From Felis catus (Eukaryota), in NCBI RefSeq assembly GCF_018350175.1, contig NC_058368.1, forward strand, positions 233,556,001 through 233,620,000: 64,000 nt of DNA. The letters are read 5' to 3'. The notes below the pieces were generated by a model, which saw nothing but the letters and a program-made list of their open reading frames with translations, was not told the DNA's origin and ran no database searches. Below, in pieces: positions 1 through 13,349 of the stretch (positions within the stretch are counted from its first letter, which is position 1; every line of letters starts with the position of its first letter). Both the position numbers and the translations under genes were made by a program.

Positions 1-16
1 ACTTTAATGTGTTTCT

Positions 17-247
17 TTTCTTTTTTTTTTTTTAAATTTTTTTTAACGTTTATTTATTTTTGAGACAGAGAGAGATAGAGCATGAACAGGGGAGGGTCAG
101 AGAGAGAGGGAGACACAGAATCTGAAACAGGCTCCAGGCTCTGAGCAGTCAGCACAGAGCCTGACACGGGGCTTGAACTCACATACTGCGAGATCATGAC
201 CTGAGCTGAAGTCGGACGCCCAACCGACTGAGCCACCCAGGCGCTCC
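17..247 (-). mobile_element. CanSINE (SINEC_Fc-type)
   Basis: tRNA-like head, (CT)n and A-tail. Perfect TSD actttaatgtgtttct at 1-16 and 248-263. Confidence 0.95.
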
Positions 248-1137
248 ACTTTAATGTGTTTCTAAAACGTAGTTAACCCAAGTTGAAGCCTGAGTTTTTG
301 TCTTCATTGTCTTTATTCTACCTACAGTCTTCCCAGTCTTTTTGTTCCTTTTCATGGTTTCCAAGTTGTTATTATTATTTGTCTACTAAGTAACTCTTTT
401 TCATTGTTTCTATTGGAGTTAAAACCTTTCTAGTAGCTATTACCAGAACAGGAGTTCGTATACTCAATAGACTAGTACTGTGATTAGTTAGAAATTGTAA
501 TCTAGGAACACAATTGCCTTTCGGGAAAAATCAATCAATCCTTCTTCCCCTCACTTCCTGGGAATCAATGATTCAGAATAAAAGAAAGACACTGAGAAAA
601 CCATATAATGTAATACAGTAGAAACTATTAAAATGTTTTCGCAGAGATGCCATAGAAGATACATGATACAACACTGGCCTCCATCTTGGGTAAAGAAAAC
701 CTTGCCCGAACAAACTGCTTGGCTCTTTCTGGCACCTCTTTACAGCTCCATGTGTCAAAAGACCTGTCCATGCTCAATGCATGCACTTCCTTACCTTCTA
801 TTTTCTCCCTACCTGAGCTCAGTCATTTCCATTCCTCTGCCCAGGCCACCTGTGAACATGTTGCCAAGACTGGTGATCACTTCTTTGACACTCTCTTTCA
901 GCACTTGGCTAAGTTGACCATGGTCCCCCCTAAACTTTCTCCCTTTACTTCTCTTGAACCACATTCTCTGGCTTCTCTCCTACAAGAGTGATCTTTTTCA
1001 GTGACTTTGGCTGAGTCCTCTCCTTCTGTTCTTTCTCTAACATTGGTGTGTTTTGAGGGTTGGCCTTGGGTTATTTTAATATTTTCTGATCACGTTCTCC
1101 CTAGAAAATCTCATTTAGTCTTTTAAAGACAAACATA

Positions 1138-1360
1138 GGGGCGCCTGGGTGGCTCAGTCGGTTAAGCGTCCGACTTCGGCTCAGGTCATGATCTCACGGT
1201 CCGTGAGTTTGAGCCCCGCGTCAGGCTCTGGGCTGACAGCTCAGAGCCTGGAGCCTGCTTCGGATTCTGTGTCTCCCTCTCTCTCTGACCATCCCCCATT
1301 CATGCTCTGTCTCTCTCTGTCTCAAAAAATAAATAAACATTAAAAAAAATTTAAAAAAAA
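1138..1360 (+). mobile_element. CanSINE (SINEC_Fc-type)
   Basis: ggggcgcctgggtggctcagtcggttaagcg head, (CT)n, aataaa and poly-A. Confidence 0.95.
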
Positions 1361-1374
1361 GACCAATATATGTT

Positions 1375-1601
1375 GGGGTGCCTGCGTGGCTCAGTCAGTT
1401 AAGTGTCCAACTTTGGCTCAGGTCACGATCTTACAGTCTGTGGATTTGAGCCCCGCATCGGGCTCTGTGATGATAGCTCAGAGCCTGGAGTCTGCTTCAG
1501 ATTCTGTGTCTCCCTCTCTCTTTGCCCCTCCCACACTCGCACTCTGTCTCTGTCTCTCAATAATAAATACACATTAAAATTTAAAAAAATATATAAAATA
1601 A
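1375..1601 (+). mobile_element. CanSINE (older copy)
   Basis: Full head-to-tail structure with TSD-like aaagac(c/t)aat(a/g)tatgtt on both sides. Confidence 0.93.
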
Positions 1602-1715
1602 AGACTAATGTATGTTGATGACTTCCAAATCTACATTTTCAGATCCAGATCTCATGTAAAAACTATAGCTTGGCATTGCCCCTTGGACATTATCATGGGT
1701 ATCTCAAAATTACTC

Positions 1716-1859
1716 TTAAAAACTGAGAATAAACTGAGGGTTGATGGGGGGTGGGAGGGAGGGGAAAGTGGGTGAAGGGCATTGAGGAGGACACCTGTTG
1801 GGATGAGCACTGGATGTTGTATGGAAACCAATTTGACAATAAATTTCATATTAAAAAAA
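1716..1859 (+). mobile_element. 5'-truncated carnivore/felid L1 3' end
   Basis: aataaactgagggttgatgggggg...gatgagcactggatgttgtatggaaaccaatttgacaataaa followed by an A-tail. Confidence 0.85.
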
Positions 1860-4800
1860 TTAACTGTTCAAAACTCAACTCTTGATTTCAACTCTACCAC
1901 TACCTGCAATAAATATTGTTCCCAAAGACTTTAACATCTTATAAGTGGCACACTAGCCATTACCCAGCTGCTCAAGTTCAAAGCTTATGAAGCTTTCTTA
2001 TTTTATCTTTCTCCCATCCAACACCTCACTCAACAGTAATTCCTACCAGTTTAGTTTCAAAATATACCCTGCATCTGTCCACTGTGACCGAAGCTACTCT
2101 TACCTCTAGTCTGGACTACTCCCAAAACTTGTCCCTCTGCCAACGCTCCTTCCTCCTCTATTCTCCACCAGGAGTCAGAGAGATCCTTTTAAGAATGTTA
2201 CCTGTTCATCTCACTATCTCACTTAAACTCCTCAGTGCCTTCCCATTCAGTGTATAATAAAATTCCAAGTCCTCAGCATACTTTACAAGGCCAAGTGTGT
2301 GGTCTGGCTCCCGTCTCTGTCTCCAACTCTCTTCTCTTACCCAACTGTCCCCCCGACCTTGATGTTCCTCAAACAGGACAATCTGGTTTCTAACTCAAGA
2401 CCCTGCAGACCTGCCCCCTCTGTTTAGAGCATTTGCATCAAAGTATCAGACCATTTCAGTCCAAACGTCACCTCTCCAGAGAAGCCTCCCTGATGCCTAC
2501 TCCAATATGCCGCTCTGCCTTCTCCATTACACTTTGCCACAGTAACTTGCACTTTCTAATCAAATTTATGCATTTAGTAAGTTATCATGTCTCCTTTCAT
2601 TGGTGTTTAAGCCCAAAGACAAAAGGGACCGTAAATCTCAGGTATTACTCTATTCTCTGGGGTTAATCCCTTGGCACATAACATACAATCACAGATAAAA
2701 TTGTGAAGTAGACGTTTCGATAGATAGGAGAGCTAGTGCCTTCCACAGTCTTCATGATCCTGTATTTAATGGGAGTATATACGTAAAAACTATTATTTTA
2801 ACTTAATAGTTTATGCACAGCTTTATGTGCATATCATTACCCCAATGCTCCTCTGGTTTCATTCCTGAGCAAAGCATATAGTTGTACATGCTTTCACATA
2901 TATGGAAAACACAGGTCTCTGGGAGGAATTTTCACATCTGGCAGCTTACATATATTAAATGGTTCCTAACATATAAGCAGATTAAAGGATTCTTCCGGAA
3001 AAGCCCTAGAACAAAATTTCCTAAAACTCTGAGGACACCCAGACAACCTAAAAAAAAAATACAAACAATAACACCTTTTGAAAACACAAATGCAATTAAC
3101 AAAATTAAAAAACTCATAAGTCCTAAGTGTTAATTTGGTATGAACATCCATGGGTGCCTCAATACAATAAGCACATCACTAATGCCACATGACATGTTTT
3201 TTTTTATCTATGACTGGGCTCATGGTAACAAATTATTAAACACAGAGGTTCAATAACTTTAACATCTTAAATCAGCCCCGTGCTGATGGACATAAAGTGC
3301 CTTTTCCCTCTATTAACAGTTAAGTGGCCCATCTGTGGTTTCATCTGCAGGAAGAAAAATATCATAAAAGACTTGACACTTTGCCTTTGATTTTGGAATA
3401 AATGCACATCTTCTCCTGTATGTGACAAATACCAGAAGAATGGATAATGGAACCAGAAGGACTGATTTTGGAATTCCTTTCTATTGGGTTTATTTCACTC
3501 ATATCAAGTGGGGTAGAACTTTCTTGAGTCTTTCCACTAGATTATTCTTTGCCTATTATACAATCTTGCCAGCATCAAAATATTTCATCACAGGGCATAA
3601 AAAGTAGGCGGTCTCCATGAAACACTAAAAATTCCCAGAGGCCCAAAATATCAAAACCAGATGCTCTCCTTAGGGTGCAACTTCTGTTTTCTGTGCTTCT
3701 TTTATATTATCAGCAGAGATTAGCTTGTGATAATCTGGAGCAACAGAACTCTTTCCCAGGTGTGTCCCCAACAAGACAGGTGAGATGCTTACTCTGCATA
3801 GATATTAGATGGGAGTTTGGCTCATGTTTCTTACATAGAGGAAACGTCTGGAGAGTTCTACTTTACCATGTAGCTTTTCTACTGTCATGATATAACTAGA
3901 CACTTGCATGTATTCAGTTCATTAAAAGGATCTCTGCTTAATGAATTGCTGTAACTCTTAGTTTCTTTCCTTTAGAGCAGAACGTCTGACTTGTTAAAGA
4001 GTGAACAAATAAGGAGTGCTATTTTTGTGAGCTACTATTTACTAACCCCCTGCAGTGGTAGTCTTCATTACGCATGGACATTCGAAGGGATTCCTATGAA
4101 TCCCTCCTCCTTCCCCTTAGTCTTGGATCTGTAATCATTGCTTTCTCCTTAAAGGAGTCAGAGTACACATTTACAACACGGCCTTCATTGTCATCTTAGA
4201 AAATATGTCCTGATTTCAACCATTTGAACTAAAGGACTTATCAGAAATTATTTCAGGCTTAACGATTTGAGGGTCATTGATATATTTTTTTTTTCTGGAA
4301 TCGATTTCCATTTCTCATTTAAAGGAACTGGGTAAAAGGCTCATGGTGAAATGCAGCGTCCTGGAATACCTTGCCCCGGAATTTCTCAATAAGGTATAAC
4401 ATCTGAGCTTCAAGAGAATTTAAATCGTCAACATGATACAATATGGTGCAAACCATTAAACCAACTGTTGAACTTCAATCTGACGATTCAAATGGCAAAC
4501 ACGGTGAGGAGAGCCCTTTCATGAAACCATGACTCTTCCATTTTTTTCCAACTTTCATGTGACGAGGAAGTGTGGTCTTCTACGTGATTCCATCTTTCAC
4601 TAATGAGTGATGAGAATAAGGCGGTGATAAGCATCTGTATGAGCTATGACCTCTCCACTGAGCGAGAGATACCAAAGGGAAAATTATGTAATCTATCACT
4701 TGATAAAATGGACGAAAATGGTGACCAAGAACAATATAAGCTATGACTTCATCAAGGAAGGGACACCAAATAGAAACTCTACAGGGATTATTTAATAAAA

Positions 4801-5633
4801 TAGAAAAAAAGTAGACACCCATCCCCCAGGTGTGAGGAAAGTGTAGTTAATAATCTTTGATGACGCAAAAGCCAGAGCAGGGTCTGCGTATCTGAACCAG
4901 ACTGTACACAGGGTGTGATGTTGTGGGGTTCTCACGTTCTGCTGTCGCTGCTGGATGCACCACCCTACCCAAAGGTCCTGGGTAACATTGACACTAAAAT
5001 TTACTGCTTTACTTCTTCAGGAATGGCAGTGACAATGTCTCACTGGCTGGAACTTCTGTTGGGCTCTTTCTGCCCAATTTGGTTTCCTCAAGAAGCATAT
5101 GCGGTTGACATGCCTCAGCCTGGACTCTGCCTAAAAGCTCCTATTAGGATGAAGGAAATTGAGGGAAACAATAAGTCCTGTAATATGAGTTGGGATTGAC
5201 TCACACCATCCATTCCCCGGGGTAAAAAGTAAACTTCTGAACTTGGTGAGAAGACGCTGGTAGACGAGTGTCCGGGGTAATTATCCACCAATTATCCAAC
5301 ATTTCTCTGCTCACTCTGTTTGCCTCAGGAAGAATGGACGAGAAGGTAACTCCGGGGATGGCATGGCCACATCCATCCCTCCCTCCCGCCAACCTCACGC
5401 TCAATGTCTCAGCCAGGGTGGCAGCTGATTTCTGCTGTTTAATATAAGTGCACCTGCATCATCAGCGTTCAATGGCCAGACGGGCTACTGACCACTTTCT
5501 TAACAGGACACCATTTTGGAGGCTGGGAAAACTGTTTGTTAAATTGGGCAAGGGATCACGGGAACCTCCGTGAGAGAATCTAAGAGAGCAGTTAAGAAAT
5601 GCGACCAGCATCACACTAAGGTAACACAACCTT

Positions 5634-5833
5634 GGGGCGCCTGGGTGGCTTCCTTGGTAGAGCATCTGACTCTTGATCTCGGATCAGCTCATGATCTCAC
5701 GGTTCGTGAGCCCTGCGTTGTGCCCTGCGCTGATGGTGCGGAGCCTGCTTGGGATTCTCTCTTCCTCTTTCTGCCACTCTGTCACTCATGCTCTCTGCCT
5801 CTCTCTCTCTCTCTCTCTCAAGGAAAAAAAAAA
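5634..5833 (+). mobile_element. CanSINE (older subfamily)
   Basis: Head ggggcgcctgggtggct, gagcctgcttgggattct, (CT)n and poly-A. Confidence 0.92.
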
Positions 5834-6342
5834 AGCTCAATTCAGAAGCTCTGCCTCCAGAGTGCACCCTCTCTCTTCTCAGCCCTTCTGCCACAGTAGG
5901 GAAATAAAGACACAGACAGATTTCACACGGTGGCTCCTTGCATGGTGTGAGTGACCTTCCATATAACTTCCTGACACCCGACACCCTCATGGATGACACT
6001 TCACTTAACCCGGCAACTCATTACCTAGTGACCACATCAGACACACATTTGGTATTATCTTAGGCTTTCTTATTTAACTAGTAATGATGAATGGCATAGT
6101 TAATTAAAAAAAAAAAAAAGTATTTCATGCCTCGGAAAATCTCTAGCTAACCTATGTTCAGAGATCGCTGAAACGAACTTGCAAAGAACCAACATGAAAG
6201 GCAGAAAAGGCCACGCCGACTAGCCGAGTGAACTTGGATAAGTAATTTGGACAATTCCTTCACCTGGTTGAGATAGGAAAAAGGACTTAGAGTTGATACA
6301 GAGAGTTGAGTCAGAGAGTTGATACAGAAATAAAAAAGAGGA

Positions 6343-6853
6343 TGGCAGGCTGGATGATGGCCCTGAAAAGAGGATGGTCCCCATCCTAGTCCTCAGAACC
6401 TAACTATGTCACCTTACGTGGTAAACCAAGAGCTTTACAGTGTGATTAAATTAAGGACCCCGAGGTGGATAGACTACCTGGGATTATCCTTATGAGAAGG
6501 AAGCAGTGGCTTTAGAGCAGATGGAGGGAAGAAAGTACGTGGAGAATCAGAGGGCAGAGAGTTCGAGAGGAGAGGCGGAGAGGGAGAAGGAGGTGGAGAC
6601 ACTGGAAGGTTCTACGCTGCTGAGACTGAACATGGAGGGAGGGGCTAGGAGTCATGGCAATTCACTCAGGCTCTAGAAACTCGAAATCAAGGAAACAGAC
6701 TCTCCCTTAAAGCCAGCCGTGACAATACTTTGACTTCAGCTCATGAGACTGATTTTGGACTTCTAACCTCCAGAACTGTGTGAGAATAAATTTGTTCTAT
6801 TTTAAGCCATTATGTTTATGGTAATTTGTACAGCACAGCTAGGGAATGGATAT
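6343..6853 (+). mobile_element. MaLR solo LTR (MLT1D-like)
   Basis: tatgtcaccttacgtggtaaa, gtgattaaattaagga and gactgattttggacttctaacctccagaactgtg...aataaatttgttctattttaagcca. Confidence 0.8.
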
Positions 6854-8107
6854 GTCAAAGTACTAAACAGACTACCAGGCACATTATAAGGACGCAAAAA
6901 AAAAAAAAAAAAATTAGTTACTTCTTGTCTCCTCTCCCTCATGAAAAAGGGCCAAATCTAGCAGCCCAAATCTAAAACATCTCCAACAACACTTTTTCCT
7001 GGTATCCTAAATGACTTACACAATACATTCAGCAATGCCCTAATAGGGCCTGCTATCGTATTAGGATAAAGATGGGCACGTTCATTATTCAACCATGAAC
7101 ACAAAAGCATCAGTTATTCATTTCACTGATGTCCGCAGAGAAGAAAAACAATTTTGCCCCCAAGGAGAGCCAGAAAGCCTACTGGTTCACTAAACCCCCA
7201 CCTGGGGTACAGATCTAGGTTCATCAGGGGTCCATACCTCGCTTGACTCGTATTTTCTACTAGAATGCATAATTCTGTCATATTCAGTCTATAGCGTGAT
7301 TCCAGATGAAGGCAGACCATGTAAAAACGCTTTGAGTTACACCACTTTAAAACAAAGACAACAGAGAAGTTGAAGAGGGTTTATTTTCTTTCTATATATA
7401 TATATAAAAAAAAAAAGAAAATCCAGTTTTTACTACTTCAGAGGCAAAATTCATTTCCACTGCCCATGCGGTTAGGAGAGAAATTCTTGTTTTGTTCTGA
7501 ATCCGGCTCCTATCAATTCCTGAGAATCTATTACATACTCCAGGGAAAAACACCCGCTGTTTTCTCAGGTTTGATAAAGAACCTTCTATTGCACTGAAAC
7601 TGTGCTCAAGACATGGCGGAGGCTTTTCCTGCACGAGGTGAGTCTTGAGAAAAAAGTCGAAAGGCCTAAAGGTGGCCTCAGTGCTAATGCAACGCCTTAC
7701 ATTTCCCACCTAGTGAAAAAATCGTAATTTTCAGTGTTTCTATAGGAGAGCACTTTTAGGGCAAGAATATAACTCTGAGAAAAAAAATCTCTGCTAACAT
7801 TTTTCATTCTCTCCTCTCCCCCAGTCTCATAGCACAAATAGTCACTTTATTCAAACATGGTTTTTAGTCTCTAAAAATTCACCTCATTTGCATCTAGGAA
7901 AAATATCCCAACATTTGAAGGAAAGAAAGTAAAGAGCTGAGCAATGCTGAAAAGGTTTCAGGATTCCTAGACACCTCCCAACAGCATCAGCTATTACAGC
8001 CCCCAGCAGGTTGCATGAGGGGCTTGCTGGGCTCGCCTGACACTGGCCTTCCTCTCCAAGGCCCGAGGTCAGCGTGGCTGAGCTGGGAAACAGGCCCAGT
8101 GACTATC

Positions 8108-8119
8108 CAAGATGGCGGC
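8108..8119 (+). promoter_or_regulatory. YY1 consensus site
   Basis: Exact CAAGATGGCGGC in non-repeat sequence. Function unproven. Confidence 0.4.
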
Positions 8120-9648
8120 CACTCAGCCTCTGGGAGCGTCAACTCCCGATGGGGCAACTGCCAATATAGAATATTCGAATGGATGGCATTTATATTGTCC
8201 TAATAGATGCTGAAACAAATTCTTTTGCTCAGCATCCAGCCCTATCATTGAATTAAGCACTTTGAAGAGTACTGCCGTTTGCCGCAGTGATTGTGGATGA
8301 AGCAAAGGTGGTTTGTGGTAAAGGGTGGGCAGGAAGGGACACGTGGCGCCCTCGGACTGTCATTTGGTCTGTGGCCATACCAGGACTCACGGTCTCCGGA
8401 CTCACCCTCTATATGAAGGACATACAGGTTGCTGTTGGCTATTTTTTTTTTTTTTTTGTATTTCCTTATATCTGGCAGATCACGTCTTACTGATTTTATT
8501 AACTAAAAGAAGATTCTGTTCCCACTTAATTGCATGCCAGTTTCAAAAAAGTGTAAGCATTCACTCTAATTCTAGAAACACATTTTCCAAAGCCCTAACA
8601 AGAAAAGTACTGCATTCTGGGCACCAGACCCTGGGAGCTGACTCCCAACATCAATAGCAAAACACATTTGTGGTGTCAAATTATATTTTATTAGACATCT
8701 TTAGTACAAGGTCTTACTCTTCTTTCAAAGTGTCCCTCTTCTCTAAAAGGTCCCTTTTTAAAAAACTAGTAAATGTCCTTATAATACCTTATGGTACCTC
8801 TCATGATTGTCCCATAAAGCCTCAACACACAAGATGTCATAGCTCTAACTCCTAAGCTACCTAAGGTCCAAGTGTGGCCACCGGACTACTCGGAGGCCAC
8901 AGATCACCGTGACAAGAGTGACACCTGGTTCTGGGGGTTCAGGGACTCTTCAGAGAAGTATCCAGTGCAGATGAGGTCAGTAGCCTGACTTACTGCTTTT
9001 GCCAAAGCTGGTACTATAAATATTAGGTTACATAATCTGTCTACTTGGAATTTCACTTCCCTCAGCCTCCATGCGATTTTGAAGTAGATTCTGGAGGTGA
9101 TGGAAAAGAAAGTTAAATACGCCTGTCAGAACCAAACTGATAGAGTCGCTACTATTTGGGAAAGGAAACCATTTATCCTCAAATGTTTGAAATCTACAGA
9201 GAAAACAATCATGAACACTAAGTGCTGCCTGTTGAAACTGTGGAATCTTCTAGAACCCAGATTTAAAATGTTACTGGACACAAGTATATGAAAATATACT
9301 GGATAACAGCCCCAAATTAACAATGGTCTATAACTCTTAATGTTGAACCCGGAGTTTGATACACATAGATATCAAAGAATTAAACATTCATTACCGGAAA
9401 CCTTTGCTATATGGGTTGTAACAAAATGCTTTTTAAAATTTAACTCTGAGATTTGCTAGTGATACCAGTGAGAATACAATGTTCATGGCCGTATCCTGGT
9501 GCCTAGAATTATGCCAGACACAAATTAGGTGCTCAGTCAATTTTTGTTGAGTGGATGAAGTGAAATCAACCCGCTGTTTTCAAACAGGAATTTGATCACT
9601 ATTCATCAGTCTATACACAAAAGTCTAGCATCAAAACCTAAAGGATGC

Positions 9649-9823
9649 TTTTTTTTGGGGGGTGGGTGGGGGGGAGCAGCAGAGGGGGGGAGAGAGAGAG
9701 AATCTTAAGCACGTTCTGTACTCAGCACGGAGCCCACCATAGGGCTCGATCCCACGACCTGGTCATGACCTAAGCTGAAATCAAGAGTCAGATGCTCAAC
9801 TGACTGAGCCACCCAGGTGCCCC
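9649..9823 (-). mobile_element. CanSINE (older)
   Basis: Reverse-complement head ...gagccacccaggtgcccc and (GA)n. Confidence 0.9.
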
Positions 9824-10844
9824 TAAAATACACGTTTTTGTTGCTACCGTGATACATTTTGGTGTAATTTCATAGAACGGACTAACTCGGTACCATTTAA
9901 CACGTAATAGTGAAACATCTTCCATGTCCCAAATACTGACTGCTACCAGCACAGGCACGGTGATGAATGCTCTCCGACAGGTGGGGTGGGGTATTCACAG
10001 AGTCCTGCTAATCACCACCTTTAGACACGGGGACTGGGGTCCCTGGTGACAGATACATAAACCCAAGAAAAACAAAGCCAGTCACGTGATGCCCCGCCAC
10101 CACCTAAAGTAAAGCATATTAAATACAGGGCCCCTTGTGTATTTATGGTTTCCCCTCCAAAGCCTATCTGTTTCACCAGCTCTCCACCATCCCTGATGAC
10201 ACACGGCTTTGCTCGCCACACCTCCTACTTGTCTTCCTCTCTCATTCTTCCAATGCTTTGCCGTAACCTGTGTATTTTTCTGATGTGCGTTTCCACGCCT
10301 CCCCCACAACGGTCACCCCGGGACAGGCCCAGTCACGACAGCGAGCTCCCTGCTGCACCCCCCAACCTCAACTCCCATGACCTCCCTCAGGAACGACTTT
10401 GATTATTTCCTCCCGCGGGGACTACACGGTAGGCACTGTAGGAAGCAGTGTGCCGGCGCAGAGGGAGGAGGCTCAGATTTCGGCTGGGGCAGACGCCATC
10501 AGAGCCCTGTGTTTTCGTTCAAGTGAGCGTCTCAACAAAGCGTCACTGATGATGATGATAATGACTACTGGAGTTTCCCCATCCGTGTGATGATGGCCGC
10601 TGATGTGACGCTCGCACGTGGGTGATCCTGAGGTCACCGGGGCTGGGTCTACAGATGCCATCCCTGCTCTTTGGTCTCTAACTCCGCCAGGCACCCGGCC
10701 CAAGGCTGGGCGCGGGCAGTCGGCTGCTCCAGATTCTTTCTGATGCCCCACGATGAGTGAACGGTATTAATAGCATCAGCCTAACAGCATCCTCCTAATC
10801 ATGCCTCAAGTAATGGGGAAGCGAGACTGAAACACGCACATTAC

Positions 10845-10994
10845 CTGCTGACGCTTTTCAAATTCCAGCTTGATCCGGGACTTGATGCAATTGCACGTGT
10901 CCTGGTACGTCTGCTGCAGAGCAAGTTCCATGAGGTGCTTGTGGTACGCTCCCGCCAGGTTCCCACAGATGAAAATGATCACGTTGGCCAGGAT
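10845..10994 (-). CDS. ADCY2: Internal coding exon of adenylate cyclase 2 (probably exon 4): last helix of the first transmembrane cluster plus the helical linker to the C1 domain
   Basis: Minus-strand translation ILANVIIFICGNLAGAYHKHLMELALQQTYQDTCNCIKSRIKLEFEKRQQ matches mammalian ADCY2 as I recall it. Acceptor ctctctctgtcttcttAG at 10995-10996 and donor CAG|GTAATG at 10843-10844. Length 150 nt, phase 0/0, no stops. Confidence 0.96.
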
Positions 10995-11312
10995 CTAAGA
11001 AGACAGAGAGAGCCTCTCAGTAGGGCGAGCGTTCCTACCTCTTGAACACAACAGTGGCAAAATGCACGTTAGCAACGGCAAGAGAGGGCTCGGCAGGGAG
11101 TCCATTTTATCTGTTTCCAAACTAACGTTCTTATCTGCTTAAAAGAAACAACCTTCACCTTCAGGGATTCTAGCCCCTTCTTGGATCCACGCCCTTGGAC
11201 GGATGACGCTGCAGTCGCTCCCTTGTCTTTAAGCTCAGCCATGTGATTTCAGTAGGAATGACTGGGTGTCAGAGCCCAGACTCAGATGGCCCACAATGTT
11301 TTTTAAAAAAGA

Positions 11313-11522
11313 AATTTTTTTTTAATGTTTATTTATTTTTGAGAGAGAGACAGAGCATGAACAGGGGAGGGGAAGAGAGAGAGGGAGACACAGAATCTGA
11401 AGCAGCCTCCGGGCTCTGAGCTGCCAGCACAGAGCCCGACGCAGAGCTCGAACCCACGAACCGTGAGATCGTGACCTGAGCCGAAGTCGGATGCTCAACC
11501 GACTGAGCCACCCAGGAGCCCC
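11313..11522 (-). mobile_element. CanSINE
   Basis: Full element with TSD tggccc(a/g)caatgtttt. Confidence 0.95.
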
Positions 11523-12353
11523 TGGCCCGCAATGTTTTGAGTGGTTCTCTTGTGCTTCATCAGAAAAAACATAACCTGGCTAACACACTGGTTCCAAAAA
11601 AGACTCATGGAGCAGAGACAACCAGCTGACAGTCTACTTTGTGTGCCGCTGAGATTTTGCGGTTGTTACACAGCATTATTTCAATCAATAGGTGACTGAT
11701 CCAGGCTGCTGATCACCAACGCTGTACTCCCTGAGCCGGGATAAGTGATATTCCCTATTATCCTCTGTTGAGGTAGGAATATGGCAGATTCTTAAACCAT
11801 AGAACTCTCTAGTCTTTTGATGATAAAAATTCATGTCCACCAAAACTGGGGGGGAGGGGACAGAAAAATATAAAGAAAAACTCAAAAGAACAGTGTGATA
11901 GTTCTGCCCAGGGAGCACACCTCGCTGTCCGTTATGTCCCTGTCCCCGCCCCATGACCCTCTGCATTCTCAAACTGTGGCCAAACTTTGTTTTGCCAAGA
12001 CCTCTATCTTGTTCCAAAAGGACCGAATTCACTCTGAATGCGTCTTACTTTTGCTTTTTTTTCCAATGCACATTCATCCTGTGGAAACAGGGTCTCGAAT
12101 GCTTAGCTACCATTCAGTTCTATGACTACACAATACGTCAGTTATATCCATACTGTTCGACATCTACTTTAATTTTCCTTGCATCTGCATAATTCTGTAG
12201 CGGTCACCCTCACGTATAACGTTTTGGCCTCATAGTTCTTTCATCTTTCCCTTAGGTCGATTCGTAAAACGCACGGAGTCAGAAGCCACGACTGTTTTTA
12301 AGTTTTTAATACATGTTGTGAAGTTGCTCTGAGGGAACATTCCACTTACATTC

Positions 12354-12412
12354 TTTTTTTAAGTTTATTTATTCTGAGAGAGAGAGAGAGAGAGCATGGG
12401 AGGGGCAGAGAG

Positions 12413-12471
<59 letters not shown>

Positions 12472-12590
12472 CCCAAGCAGGCTCTGCACTGTCAGCACAG
12501 AGCCGATTGCAGGGCTCGAACCCATGAACCGTTGAGGTCACGGCCTGAGATGAAATCCAGAGTCGGCTGCCCCACAGGCTGAGCCACCTG
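12354..12590 (-). mobile_element. CanSINE with a long (GA)n microsatellite
   Basis: (AG)~25 at about 12420-12468 within the SINE body. Confidence 0.9.
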
Positions 12591-13349
12591 CCAGTTATAT
12601 TCTCACTTATATTCACTATACATTCACTTATATTCTCACCAAAGTGTGGGACACTGTCTTTCCAGTGTGTGCTCTTACCCAGCACACTACGGACGCAGGG
12701 CAGGTGGTAGTGATACACAAAACGGATTAGCACGGGTTTCGCTCTTACGTGTTTAGGGCAAGACCCGCAGGTCTGTCAGAGGATGGGCGGCCACAGCTGG
12801 ATACGGTGCCCAACACCCCTTCCTCCACACGGCCTCGTGGCTCCCCAAATAGGGTGCTAATGGCCCTACCAACAAAGGCAGGGTGCCAGCTTCCAAAAGC
12901 CCTGTTTTCTCCTCGAGAGCTTCTGGGTCCCACTGCTCACGTGACTAGAGAGGCTGAGAGAGGATCCAGGCCCCATGGCTAAGTCTCCGCTCCTCCCAGG
13001 GGCCTTCTCTCACCCCCTCTCGTCTCAGCCCACGGAGCCGGTGGACCCACGAGTCCCCCCGCTGGGGCAACTCAGGGGAGCGGTGCCAGGACCGTGTGGC
13101 CCAGATCCGAGGCCGCACCTGCAAACAGTGGTAACGGCAGCAAAGGGGACGTCCCGTTCTCTGTCCACCTGACGGCTTCCTCACTCTCCGCAGGTTCTGA
13201 ACACGGGTGGGAGGCGGGACTCCGCAAGCCCTGGGGAAGCCGTTCTGGGGACAGAGGGGACAGCAGGACAGAACTAGAAATGGGAAGAACGATCTGATGA
13301 GCTTCTCCCTGCGAATAAACAGACGCCCTGCAGCAGGAGCAGGGGAAGG

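Larger units (their letters stand above)
980..2690 (+). mobile_element. Fragmented old L2 LINE, interrupted by two SINEs and an L1 3' end
   Basis: L2-type motifs such as gatgacttccaaatctac, ctagtctggactact and cagagagatcctttt in pyrimidine-rich decayed sequence. Confidence 0.6.
1..10844 (-). other. ADCY2: ADCY2 intron downstream of the exon (partial)
   Basis: GT donor at 10844-10843. The next exon (ERLLLSLLP...) was not found in the window. Confidence 0.85.

Noticed and set aside
6289..6327. 12-bp triple repeat agagttga(ta/gt)cag; similar micro-duplications at about 12595-12639 and 58808-58846
   Set aside because: Ordinary replication-slippage products with no sign of function.
10545..10637. 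Box C/D snoRNA-like motifs (TGATGA ... CTGA)
   Set aside because: They are antisense to the host gene, arise from a (GAT)n run and have no convincing terminal stem or guide.
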